The position numbers were made by a program, and so were the translations under genes. A stretch of DNA of 24,938 nt, from positions 1-24,938 of the forward strand of contig JASHUK010000040.1 of assembly GCA_030040055.1 (NCBI GenBank), read 5' to 3'. Positions 16,162-24,767 of this stretch are shown here, piece after piece (within the stretch, counting starts at the first letter, position 1; each line of letters starts with the position of its first letter). The DNA comes from Nitrososphaerales archaeon. GTDB taxonomy: Archaea; Thermoproteota; Nitrososphaeria; Nitrososphaerales; Gagatemarchaeaceae. The notes beneath the pieces were generated by a model that saw only the letters and a program-made list of their open reading frames with translations, did no database searches and was not told the origin of the DNA.

Positions 16162-17187
16162 TTAGATGTACACGGGGTACAAGACGCAGAGGAGGAGGCC
16201 GATCACGTACAGCGCACCGAACCTCCTGTTATGGTTGAACACAAAGCCCAGATACCATATGGGCCACATTATGGCTCCCGGGGGAGCCTCTTTCGGCTTG
16301 GGCTTGGACAGAGTCCCAAACAGCTGGAGCGCCCGCGGCAGGGCGAGCAGGGTGATGAGTGACCAGACCGGGACGAAGCGGGTCACGACGAGCCCCACGA
16401 CGGCGGCGTAGGCGACCACTATCAGCGCCTTCAGGACCTTCTTGGTCGCCTCCTCGCCCAGCAGGACGGGGACTGTCTTGACCCCCAGCTTTGTGTCGTA
16501 GTCTATCTTGTCGATGTGCTTCCCGAAGAGCACCGTCGTGACGCTCACGGCGTAGGGGATCGACGCAACTATGACCCACCACGGCAGGGTTCCCGAGAGG
16601 ACAAAGTACGTCCCTCCGACCATCAGCGGCCCCCAGACCACGAAGACCGAGGGCTCGCCCAGCCCGACTCTCTTGAGCGGGTGCGGCCCGCCAGCGTACG
16701 CCAGCATGAAGAGAACACCCAGCCCGGCGAAGACAAGGACGAGCGGTCCCCTCAGTTCGACCAGGTATGCGGCAACAGAGACCATCAGCGCCAACTGGAC
16801 CAGGCCGAGCGAAAAGAGCCCTTGGGAGCTCATCATCCCCGACAGGGTCGGGTGCGGAAGGTAGGCGGGTCTGAAGTAGTCCTGACTCGTGTCTATGCCA
16901 TGCTTGGCGTCCCAGTAGTCGTTGAAGAGGTTGCTCGCGGCGTGCGCAGAGACGAGCCCCAGAACAACTAGGGCCAAGGGAAGCAGCAGGCCGTAGCTGA
17001 AACCGTACTTCAGCACGTAGAGGAGACCCCCTATTATCACCGAATTGACAGTCATTACGAAGACGACCGACCTGGTCGCGATGAGCCACCTGCTCACGGA
17101 GTCCAGGCTCTCCACGGGCTCCGCGTGCATGTCGTACGTCCCATTGAGAATCCTATACCACGTGCTCAGCCTACCCATGGCAGTCAT
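16162..17187 (-). CDS. menA: UbiA-family prenyltransferase, 1,4-dihydroxy-2-naphthoate polyprenyltransferase type
   Basis: W..ATR, N..NDYWD..HGID, LK..GLGE, second acidic motif D.ID.D.K.GVKT...LG; multiple TM segments. Start chosen from TATA (minus CTTAAATAA at 17216-17208). Confidence 0.8.
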   Translation of the reverse strand: MTAMGRLSTWYRILNGTYDMHAEPVESLDSVSRWLIATRSVVFVMTVNSVIIGGLLYVLKYGFSYGLLLPLALVVLGLVSAHAASNLFNDYWDAKHGIDTSQDYFRPAYLPHPTLSGMMSSQGLFSLGLVQLALMVSVAAYLVELRGPLVLVFAGLGVLFMLAYAGGPHPLKRVGLGEPSVFVVWGPLMVGGTYFVLSGTLPWWVIVASIPYAVSVTTVLFGKHIDKIDYDTKLGVKTVPVLLGEEATKKVLKALIVVAYAAVVGLVVTRFVPVWSLITLLALPRALQLFGTLSKPKPKEAPPGAIMWPIWYLGFVFNHNRRFGALYVIGLLLCVLYPVYI

Positions 17188-17288
17188 TCGGCGAGTCCAC
17201 AGTTCGTTATTTAAGATTGGCAACCGTCGTCGGGCGGTTATCCCTGATGGAAGGTTGAAATGCCCGAGAAGGTCTGACGCGCCCTCCT

Positions 17289-19316
17289 TTGTCCGTCAAC
17301 TGGTCCCTGCCCTTCGATGAAAGGGTGAGGACAGTCTCGCGTTCCACCACGATGACCCCTCGCGAATACGAAGCCATGCACGAGAGGAGCCTGGAGAACT
17401 GGCCGGAATTCTGGGAGGGGGTGGCGTCCGAACTACCGTGGCACAGGAGGTGGGACAAGGTCCTTGACGACTCGGCTCCTCCGTTCTACAGGTGGTTCGT
17501 CGGTGGGGAGCTCAACGCCTGTAGCATCTGCGTCGACAGGCACGCTGCAGGTCATCGGGCGAGCAAGCCGGCCATCATCTGGGAGGGCGAAGCCGTCGCC
17601 GACCGTGGGCCAACAGTCAGAACGATGACATATGCGGACGTGCACAGGGAGGTAAACAGGGCCGCATGGGTCCTGAAGCACAGGTACGGCGTCGCCAAGG
17701 GGGACACGGTGGGGTTCTACATGCCGATGGTCCCCGAGTTCCCCATCTTCATGCTCGCCGCCGTACGCCTGGGCGCAAAGTTCACGGTGGTTTTCTCTGG
17801 TTTCAGCTCCGACTCCCTCTCCGAGAGGCTGAATGACGCCGGTGCGAAGGTCCTCGTGACAGCCGACGGGGGGCGGCGGCGGGATTCCGTGGTCAGGCTC
17901 AAGGACATAGTCGACGGTGCCCTCCAGGCGTCATCCTCCGTGAAGTCCGTGCTCGTTCTCAAGAACGTCGGGAACTCCGTCAACATGGAGACAGGAAGGG
18001 ACGAGTACATCCACGACGCCTTGGCGCGCGCCCCGGCCGACGCCACGGTAGAACCTGTCAGTGTCAGGTCAGACGACCCGCTCTTCATACTGCATACCTC
18101 AGGGACGACGGGAAGGCCGAAGGGCCAGGTTCACGACGTAGGGGGCTACCTGGTCCTCCTGCACGCCACCATGAGGTGGGTCTTCGACCTGAACGACGAC
18201 GACGTTTACTGGTGCACCGCAGACATAGGCTGGGTGACGGGCCACTCGTACATCGTCTTCGGCCCTCTGATGGAGGGGGCGACGGTCCTGATGTACGAAG
18301 GAGCCCTGGACCACCCGTCGCCTGACAGATGGGCTTCGATTCTCGAGCGGCACAAGGTGAGCGTCCTCTACACATCGCCGACGGCAATCAGAAGCTTCAT
18401 GAAAAACGGAGACGCGTGGGCAAAGGCGCACGACACCAGCTCGGTCAGGGTGATGCACTCCGTCGGCGAGCCGATAAACCCGGAGGCCTTCCGGTGGATG
18501 CGGCGGAACGTCGGTGAGGGCCAGGTACCATTCGGCAGCACGTGGTGGATGACCGAGACCGGCGGGATAATGATCAGCGTTCTTCCGGGGCTAGGGTTGG
18601 TCCCGATCAAGCCGGGGACTAACGGGTTCCCCATACCGGGCGTGGAAGCTGCCGTCGTGGACGAACAGGGGCTCCCGCAGAAGCCCTTCACGCGGGGCCT
18701 GCTGGTCCTCAAGAGACCCTGGCCCGGCATGCCTCTGACCATCCATAACGACCCGAGCAGATACAAAGAGGTCTATTGGAGCCGGTTTCCGGGGAGCTTC
18801 TTCGCGGGGGACTACGCCGTCAGGGACGGAGAAGGTTACTTCTGGATTCTCGGCCGCGCCGACGAGGTGATCAAAGTCTCGGGGCATCGGCTCGGGACAT
18901 ACGAGCTCGAGTCAGCCCTCGTCCAGCATCCCTCCGTGGCCGAGGCCGCCGTCGTCGGCGTCCCGGACGAAGTCAAGGGCGAGGCTCCCGTCGGGTTTGT
19001 GATACTGAGGGTCGGAGCGAACGCCGATGCAGGGCTGGCGAGCGAGCTGAAAGCTCTCGTGAGGGAGAAGGTCGGTCCGATTGCGACGCCCCGAGAAGTC
19101 TTCTTCGTGGGGAAGCTCCCTAAGACTCGCAGCGCGAAGATCATGCGAAGGGTCATCCGGGCCGTGGCCGTCGGTCAGTCAGTCGGAGACGTGAGCACTC
19201 TCGAGGAGGAGGCGTCGGTGGACGAGATACGACGGGCCTACGCCGACTTCAGGGGGGAAGTCTCAGGGGCGCAAGACGTCGCAGGACGAAAGCGGACAGA
19301 TGGCCGGCCTCTTTAA
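17289..19316 (+). CDS. acs: AMP-forming acetyl-CoA synthetase
   Basis: Motifs HTSGTTGRPKG, WCTADIGWVTGHSY, SVGEPINPEA, TWWMTETGG, GRADEVIKVSGHRLG, PKTRSAKIMRR. The acetate-pocket Val/Val/Trp equivalents are present. Confidence 0.95.
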   Translation: MSVNWSLPFDERVRTVSRSTTMTPREYEAMHERSLENWPEFWEGVASELPWHRRWDKVLDDSAPPFYRWFVGGELNACSICVDRHAAGHRASKPAIIWEGEAVADRGPTVRTMTYADVHREVNRAAWVLKHRYGVAKGDTVGFYMPMVPEFPIFMLAAVRLGAKFTVVFSGFSSDSLSERLNDAGAKVLVTADGGRRRDSVVRLKDIVDGALQASSSVKSVLVLKNVGNSVNMETGRDEYIHDALARAPADATVEPVSVRSDDPLFILHTSGTTGRPKGQVHDVGGYLVLLHATMRWVFDLNDDDVYWCTADIGWVTGHSYIVFGPLMEGATVLMYEGALDHPSPDRWASILERHKVSVLYTSPTAIRSFMKNGDAWAKAHDTSSVRVMHSVGEPINPEAFRWMRRNVGEGQVPFGSTWWMTETGGIMISVLPGLGLVPIKPGTNGFPIPGVEAAVVDEQGLPQKPFTRGLLVLKRPWPGMPLTIHNDPSRYKEVYWSRFPGSFFAGDYAVRDGEGYFWILGRADEVIKVSGHRLGTYELESALVQHPSVAEAAVVGVPDEVKGEAPVGFVILRVGANADAGLASELKALVREKVGPIATPREVFFVGKLPKTRSAKIMRRVIRAVAVGQSVGDVSTLEEEASVDEIRRAYADFRGEVSGAQDVAGRKRTDGRPL

Positions 19317-20151
19317 CGAAGTCCTCGGCCGCGAGGTGGCCGTTCCGGACCGCCCGAAGCGAATAGTCAGCTTCAGCCCCGCGGCGACCGAGACGCTCTT
19401 CATGATAGGAGATGGCGAGCGCGTCGCTGGAGTGAGCGCATTCTGCGCGAGGCCCGCTGAGGCGAAGCAGAAGCGCAAGGTAGGGAGCTATAACTCCGTG
19501 AGGACGGAACTGCTCGAAGAGCTCGACCCGGACCTGATATTGACGGTCACCGGGTATCAGAGGGACTTCGCCCTGCAACTCTCGAAGAGGTGGCCCGTGT
19601 ACCCGCTCGAGCTTCCCGTCTCGGTGGCGGGGATCGTGGACTTCGTGGAGAAGGTCGGGCTGGTCTCGGGCTCCCCCGAGGCAGCAAGGGACTTGGCCGC
19701 GAGCCTCCTGCGAAAGGTGCCCGCCCGGCGGCCGGGGGGAAGGGCTCGAGCGTACGTCGAGATAGACTTGGGCGGGCCTGTGTCGTTCGGGGCGTACAGC
19801 TACATCACCGACGCGGTCAGACTCGTCGGCGGGTCCAGCGTGTTTGAAAGGGAGAGGTGCGAGTGGCTGGCCCCCCGGCTCGTGACTGTTCCAGAGATGG
19901 ACCCCGACGTCATCTTCTATGAGGCCAAGATGTTCTCAAGTTTCGGCCAGGAGGACCTGGCGATGCTCATGCGGTCACGTGGGTGGACCGGGATGAGGGC
20001 TGTCAAAGAAGGAAGCTGCCATCTGACCCCGCGCCCGTTGGACTTCCTCGCTCACCATGGCCCTAGTTTCATCACGGACGTCCTCCCTTGGTTGGATGCA
20101 AAATTGGACAGAGCGCGGGACAGCGCCCGCTCGGCGCCAGAAAAGACTTAA
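19300..20151 (+). CDS. Helical-backbone metal receptor (BtuF/TroA-like) protein lacking a signal peptide
   Basis: Motifs G..V.VPDRPKRIVSFSPAATETLF.IG...RV.GVS, L.ELDPDLI, DPDVIF, AVK.G, GP..I; no hydrophobic N-terminus. Confidence 0.85.
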   Translation: MAGLFNEVLGREVAVPDRPKRIVSFSPAATETLFMIGDGERVAGVSAFCARPAEAKQKRKVGSYNSVRTELLEELDPDLILTVTGYQRDFALQLSKRWPVYPLELPVSVAGIVDFVEKVGLVSGSPEAARDLAASLLRKVPARRPGGRARAYVEIDLGGPVSFGAYSYITDAVRLVGGSSVFERERCEWLAPRLVTVPEMDPDVIFYEAKMFSSFGQEDLAMLMRSRGWTGMRAVKEGSCHLTPRPLDFLAHHGPSFITDVLPWLDAKLDRARDSARSAPEKT

Positions 20152-20158
20152 CGCGATA

Positions 20159-21010
20159 GTGTTGCGTCTGGAGCTTGTGCTTAGACGCGACTCGGTCCTG
20201 TCTCCGTTGGTGTCAGTTGCGTCCGCGACTTCGGCGATAACTGTGTCAACAGTGGCGTACTACTACGCGGAAGGCTCCCCGCAGATTGCGGCTAGAGGAG
20301 GGCTGGACACCGTAGCCTTGCTTTACTCGGCGATACTTGTGGTCGCATGCCTCACCATCGCGTACGCCTTCACGAGACTGGCTATGGCAAAGGTCGGCAA
20401 GATTCGCTCTCAAGGGGTCGTGGGCCTCACCCCGGGCTCGCTGCTCCCGTACCTTCTGTCTGAACGAAGGTACCGGACGTACTTTGTCGTAGCCGCCGCG
20501 GCGTACGGCCTCTTGTATTGCTACATCACAGGTACGGTCGCGCTTGGTCCGATTCTCGCTCCAGCCTCAGGGATAACGCCCCCCACGACACTTCTGGCGG
20601 TCTGCTGCGGTCCTCCACTCTTCCTTCCAACCCTGACGGTGTATGTCACGGCGGAGCTCGGGCTCTACCTGGTCCCCCTGGTGTTGATGCTCCTGGTGTC
20701 GGTCTCGATCCTCGTCGGGCTCAACTTCACCCTTGCCGCCTTCGCATTCCACAGTCGCGCGAGAGGACTGTCGGGGACGTGGGTCATAGGGCTCGGAGCG
20801 GTCGTCGGCCTGTTCACGGGCTGCCCCACATGCGCCGGCCTCTTCTTTGGAGGCTTCTTGGGCGAGTTCGGGGCAATCTCTTTCGCGGCGGTGCTGACCA
20901 CCTATCAGCCCGCGCTGATTGCCCTGAGCGTCCCGGTCTTGTTGACGACACTCTATCTGACCTCAAGAAGTCTCTCCAAGGTCTACACTCAAGGCTGCTT
21001 GACAATTTGA
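20159..21010 (+). CDS. Polytopic membrane protein with CCG and CPTC motifs, function unknown
   Basis: About 6-7 hydrophobic segments; VCCGPP, FTGCPTCAG and a terminal GC. The start is uncertain; GTG 20159 follows the upstream stop. Confidence 0.75.
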   Translation: MLRLELVLRRDSVLSPLVSVASATSAITVSTVAYYYAEGSPQIAARGGLDTVALLYSAILVVACLTIAYAFTRLAMAKVGKIRSQGVVGLTPGSLLPYLLSERRYRTYFVVAAAAYGLLYCYITGTVALGPILAPASGITPPTTLLAVCCGPPLFLPTLTVYVTAELGLYLVPLVLMLLVSVSILVGLNFTLAAFAFHSRARGLSGTWVIGLGAVVGLFTGCPTCAGLFFGGFLGEFGAISFAAVLTTYQPALIALSVPVLLTTLYLTSRSLSKVYTQGCLTI

Positions 21011-21050
21011 TCGGGGTGGAAGCAAGGGCCTACGCTCGCGCGCCCTTCAG

Positions 21051-21060
21051 TTTTATAAAA
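21051..21060 (+). promoter_or_regulatory. TATA box of the FMN reductase gene
   Basis: TTTTATAAAA lies 33-24 nt upstream of ATG 21084. Confidence 0.65.
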
Positions 21061-21083
21061 TCGGGAAGCGCGGTCTGGCAGCA

Positions 21084-21680
21084 ATGTCCGAGCGCCCTGA
21101 TGTCCGTCCGGTCATGATACTCGGAATCTCTGGGAGCGGTCGAAAGGGGTCCTACAACTCCGCCCTCTTGGAAGAAGCGAGGAGGCTCATCCCACCAGGT
21201 TCGGTGCTGGTGACATACGATGTCTCCACCTTGCCGCTCTTCAACCAAGACCTTGAGAAGGCGATGCCTCCCTCCGCCAGGGAATTCAAGGAGAAGGTCA
21301 AGCAGGCTGACGCAGTCTTGTTCGCTGCCCCGGAGTACAACCACTCGGTTACGGCCGTCATGAAGAACGCCTTGGAGTGGGGAGACAGGCCTCCGGGCGA
21401 GAACTCTTGGGACGGCAAGCCCGCTGCGATCGTCAGCGCGTCGACCTCCATGACCGGGGGAGCGAGAGCCCAGGCACATCTGAGGCAGATCTTCGCGGAT
21501 GTGAACCTGTACGCCGTCAACCGCCCTCCGGTACTCATCCCTAGAGCGCAGGAAAAGTTCTCCCCCGAGATGAGGCTGACCGACGAGAAGTCTCTCGAGT
21601 CGATGAGGCTTCTTCTGGCAAAACTGGTGCAGTGGGCGCTGATGTTCCGCGGAGTCCGGGAAGGCGCCGGACAAGCTTAA
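21084..21680 (+). CDS. NAD(P)H-dependent FMN reductase (ChrR/YieF-like flavodoxin fold)
   Basis: Motifs ISGSGRKGSYN, PEYNHS...MKNALEW, GKPAAIVSAS...GGARAQ.HLRQ. Confidence 0.95.
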   Translation: MSERPDVRPVMILGISGSGRKGSYNSALLEEARRLIPPGSVLVTYDVSTLPLFNQDLEKAMPPSAREFKEKVKQADAVLFAAPEYNHSVTAVMKNALEWGDRPPGENSWDGKPAAIVSASTSMTGGARAQAHLRQIFADVNLYAVNRPPVLIPRAQEKFSPEMRLTDEKSLESMRLLLAKLVQWALMFRGVREGAGQA

Positions 21681-21705
21681 CTACGCGGGAGTAGCGTCGC
21701 GCGGT

Positions 21706-21885
21706 ATGCCGAGAATCGAGGTCTACGAGGGAGCCCAGAAGATAGCTGACGTCGGCCTGCCCGAAAAGAAGTTCAGCACAGGCTCGGTGGGCTACTGGGC
21801 CAGTCAGAAGATAGAAGTCAACGGAAGGAGATACCAGTGCCAGTTCCAGATGGTGGAAATAGGCACGAAACAGCCGAAGGAATAG
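21706..21885 (+). CDS. Small hypothetical protein, 59 aa (not in the supplied ORF track)
   Basis: Hand translation gives MPRIEVYEGAQKIADVGLPEKKFSTGSVGYWASQKIEVNGRRYQCQFQMVEIGTKQPKE*. It fills the intergenic gap, with a TTAAC box about 29-25 nt upstream. Confidence 0.8.
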   Translation: MPRIEVYEGAQKIADVGLPEKKFSTGSVGYWASQKIEVNGRRYQCQFQMVEIGTKQPKE

Positions 21886-21923
21886 GACTTCCTGAAACAG
21901 TTGCCCTCGCGCGGGGGCACGCA

Positions 21924-22283
21924 TCACCTGTGTCTCATGAACCCGGCAATCAGGTGGTCGAGCCTCTCGACGTCGCTGTTGTACTTCTCCATCTCTTGCT
22001 GGTCCGCCGTGATGCTCAGCTTGTGGCTCTCGATGTCTTTCTTGATTGAGGAGACCTCGCTGCCGGTCGCCGACAGGCTGTCCTTTAGCCCGCTCATTCG
22101 TTTGTCCATCTCCGACTTCTGGCGCTGAAGGTCGGACAGTCTCCTCTGACTGGCAGTCAGCTTCCTCTGGAGCTCTGCGACCTCACCCTCCTGCCTCCTG
22201 ATTTTGTCGTAGTATTGCTTTGCTCTCTCCTCGGCCTGCCGCTTTCTGCTGCGTGCGCTCTCGAGCTCGTCGCTCACGAGCAT
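21924..22283 (-). CDS. Hypothetical coiled-coil protein
   Basis: Continuous heptad pattern rich in E/K/R/Q/L/S; AT-rich box at about 22299-22308 upstream. Confidence 0.75.
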   Translation of the reverse strand: MLVSDELESARSRKRQAEERAKQYYDKIRRQEGEVAELQRKLTASQRRLSDLQRQKSEMDKRMSGLKDSLSATGSEVSSIKKDIESHKLSITADQQEMEKYNSDVERLDHLIAGFMRHR

Positions 22284-22381
22284 CTCGTCTCCCGGTCGTT
22301 ATTTAATTCTGAACGCCGTTCAGGCAGACGAGCGGTCGGTTCGGGCACCAACCTTAACATCGCGCAGAGGCCCGAGGAGGC

Positions 22382-22969
22382 GTGATATCGGAACAGGGCC
22401 GGAACCTGACCATCGCGATCGTAGGGGGCCTGGCCTTCGGCTCGCTGGCTGGGCTGGTGGCCGTCGACGGGGTCCCACTCACCTACTTCTTCCTACAAGT
22501 CAACGGGTGGGTCCAGATGGGCTGGTACTGGCAGCTATTCACTTCGCTCGTCGTGGCCCCTTGGGGCTATCTCGGTCTCATCGACGTGCTGTTCAATTCG
22601 CTCGCGGTCCTCTTTCTCGACGGTCTTCTGTCCACGGCGTTCGAGCCACGCCAATACTATGCAGTCTTCATCCTCTCTGGGCTGGCGGGGAACGTTTTGA
22701 GCCTCTTGAACGGCCCTTCGGAGATAAGCTTCGGCGCATCCGGGGGCATCTTCGGTCTCCTCGCGGGGGCTATAGCGCTCGACTGGGTTGTCGAGCGCAG
22801 GGTCGACTACGCAGTCGTGGCCTGGTTCCTGCTCGTCTTCGCGCTGAGCAGCTTCGGCCTTCCCTACGTGGATTGGCTTGCACACCTTGGGGGCTCGTTC
22901 TTCGGGCTTTTCGCCGGCTATGTCGTCGGGGTGACGCGCGACCAGGCTCCCGACTACTCAGCCCTCTAA
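22382..22969 (+). CDS. Rhomboid intramembrane serine protease (S54)
   Basis: W..FTS, catalytic GASGG and AHLGG; about 6 TM segments. Confidence 0.92.
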   Translation: MISEQGRNLTIAIVGGLAFGSLAGLVAVDGVPLTYFFLQVNGWVQMGWYWQLFTSLVVAPWGYLGLIDVLFNSLAVLFLDGLLSTAFEPRQYYAVFILSGLAGNVLSLLNGPSEISFGASGGIFGLLAGAIALDWVVERRVDYAVVAWFLLVFALSSFGLPYVDWLAHLGGSFFGLFAGYVVGVTRDQAPDYSAL

Positions 22970-23009
22970 CCCCCTACCTTTTATCGGACACCGGACACAA
23001 GAGGGAGAC

Positions 23010-23555
23010 ATGCTCCCCCTTGGCCAGACCGCTCCGGACTTCGACCTGCTCGGCGTGGACGGCGCCAGGCACTCCCTGCAATCCTTCAGAGATGCACGCG
23101 TGCTCGTGGTAGTCTTCTCATGCAACCACTGTCCCTACGTCAAGGCATACGAAGACCGCATGGTCTCGATCCAGAGGGAGTACTCAGCAAATGGCGTTCA
23201 ACTGGTCGCCATCAACTCCAACGACGACGCCTCCTACCCTGAGGACAGCTTCGACAACATGGTGAAGAGGGCCCGCGAGAAGGGGTTCAACTTTCCGTAT
23301 CTGCGCGACGACTCGCAGCAAGCCGTCGACGCCTTCGGTGCCGTCTGCACCCCTCACGTCTTCGCGTTCGACTCTGACAGGAAGCTGCGCTACAGGGGAA
23401 GGATTGATGACTCCAGAGACCCGGCGAAGATAACATCGGACGACCTGAAGAACGCGCTGGACGACCTGACTGAGGGCCGCCCGGTAAGGCAACCTGACAC
23501 CAGGCCCTTCGGATGTAGCATAAAGTGGGTGCAGACGGGGTCCCATCCCAGCTGA
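23010..23555 (+). CDS. Thioredoxin-fold AhpC/TSA family protein (PRX-like1)
   Basis: Motifs APDF.L, FSCNHCPYV, NFPYL.D..Q, CTPH.F, YRGRIDD, GCSIKW. Confidence 0.93.
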   Translation: MLPLGQTAPDFDLLGVDGARHSLQSFRDARVLVVVFSCNHCPYVKAYEDRMVSIQREYSANGVQLVAINSNDDASYPEDSFDNMVKRAREKGFNFPYLRDDSQQAVDAFGAVCTPHVFAFDSDRKLRYRGRIDDSRDPAKITSDDLKNALDDLTEGRPVRQPDTRPFGCSIKWVQTGSHPS

Positions 23556-23617
23556 GCAGTCTGGGAGTCTGCCGCTCAGCCGAAAACTAATCTACGAGAG
23601 GCGCTCCGAACTCCCCG

Positions 23618-24304
23618 TTGCCTTACTTCGAACTGGGCGACAGGAGGATTCCTTACCGGGTGGTAAAAGGAAGAAGCAGCCGATACACCTACCTGAGATT
23701 CGCGCGCGACATGACGCTAGAGGTCGTCGTCCCGCGGAGGTCGAAGGCAGACCCCGAGAGTGAAATCCGGAACCGGGCTGACTGGATAAGGCGGCAGCTC
23801 GACCAGATTGCTGAGAGCGAGGACGTTCTCGGAGCTGACCACCTGATGATAGGGGGGAGGAAGCTCAGAATCGTGGTCGAAGCGGGCAGGAAGGAACTGC
23901 TTCCTGACCAGGACAGAGGGATACTGCTGGTTGGGGACGACGACCGGAGGGAGGTCAGGGAGCTCGCCAGAAGGTGGTTCCTAACAGAGACGTCAAGGTA
24001 CGTCGTAAGGCGCGTTCGTGAGCTCTCTCCGCTCGTGGGCGTGAGGCCACGGGTCGTCGATGTCCGGGAAATGGACAAGTGGGGCTACTGCACCCGGGAA
24101 GGGAGGCTCTCTTTCAGCTGGCAACTGGCAGCGCTGCCCGAGAAGCTAAGGGAGTACGTCGTCCTTCACGAGCTGACCCATCTCAAGGAGTTCAACCACT
24201 CCAGATCCTTCAAGGCGGAACTGAGCGAGGTCTGCCCTGACTTCAGATCAAGGGAGGAGGAGCTCGGCAGGATACTGCCTTACGACAGGATGCGCTTGGG
24301 ATAG
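23618..24304 (+). CDS. YgjP/DUF45-like (M48/SprT-like) metal-dependent hydrolase
   Basis: Motifs V.VREM..WG.C, L.FSWQL, EYVVLHEL.HL..FNHS..F. Confidence 0.9.
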   Translation: MPYFELGDRRIPYRVVKGRSSRYTYLRFARDMTLEVVVPRRSKADPESEIRNRADWIRRQLDQIAESEDVLGADHLMIGGRKLRIVVEAGRKELLPDQDRGILLVGDDDRREVRELARRWFLTETSRYVVRRVRELSPLVGVRPRVVDVREMDKWGYCTREGRLSFSWQLAALPEKLREYVVLHELTHLKEFNHSRSFKAELSEVCPDFRSREEELGRILPYDRMRLG

Positions 24305-24316
24305 TGTCCGGGGCAT

Positions 24317-24691
24317 TCATGTTGGGAAGAGCCTCTCCCCCGTCGCCTCGTCCTCGAGTATTATCGCGTGGTACGGGCAGGATTGGGCGGCCCGGAATAT
24401 GTCGACCGCCTTCGCTTCCCTGTCCTCCCTCACTTCAAGGGGGGCCGGGTCGAAGACCGATTTTCTTCTGGACCAGTCTAGTCTGAAGACCTTGGGCGCC
24501 AGTTCCGTGCAGCTCGCCGCTCCCATGCAAAGGCTCCAGTCTGTCCTCACCCTGACCTTCCTCCCTTGCAGGATAGACCTGGTCCACCACCCCTCATCGT
24601 CCGCCGACATCCTCTTCATCTCGAGCAGCACGGCGAGTAGGACGACGGCACAGACTGCGGAGACGAGGGGAAGCGTCCATCCCGGGCTCAT
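24317..24691 (-). CDS. Single-cluster ferredoxin, probably [3Fe-4S], with N-terminal hydrophobic helix
   Basis: C-x2-A-x2-C (CMGAASC) plus distal CP (SCPYHAI); N-terminal WTLPLVSAVCAVVLLAVLL. Confidence 0.88.
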   Translation of the reverse strand: MSPGWTLPLVSAVCAVVLLAVLLEMKRMSADDEGWWTRSILQGRKVRVRTDWSLCMGAASCTELAPKVFRLDWSRRKSVFDPAPLEVREDREAKAVDIFRAAQSCPYHAIILEDEATGERLFPT

Positions 24692-24767
24692 CGCTCAGAA
24701 AGCGTGCTACCACACCTATTAGTTCTATCGCGCAGGGTGGCGACTGTTGGGCGTGCCGGCTTCCGGA

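Noticed and set aside
17289-19316. Reading the acyl-CoA ligase next to menA as MenE
   Set aside because: Its length and motifs (WCTADIGWVTGHSY, TWW.TETGG) are those of acetyl-CoA synthetase; the adjacency is probably incidental.
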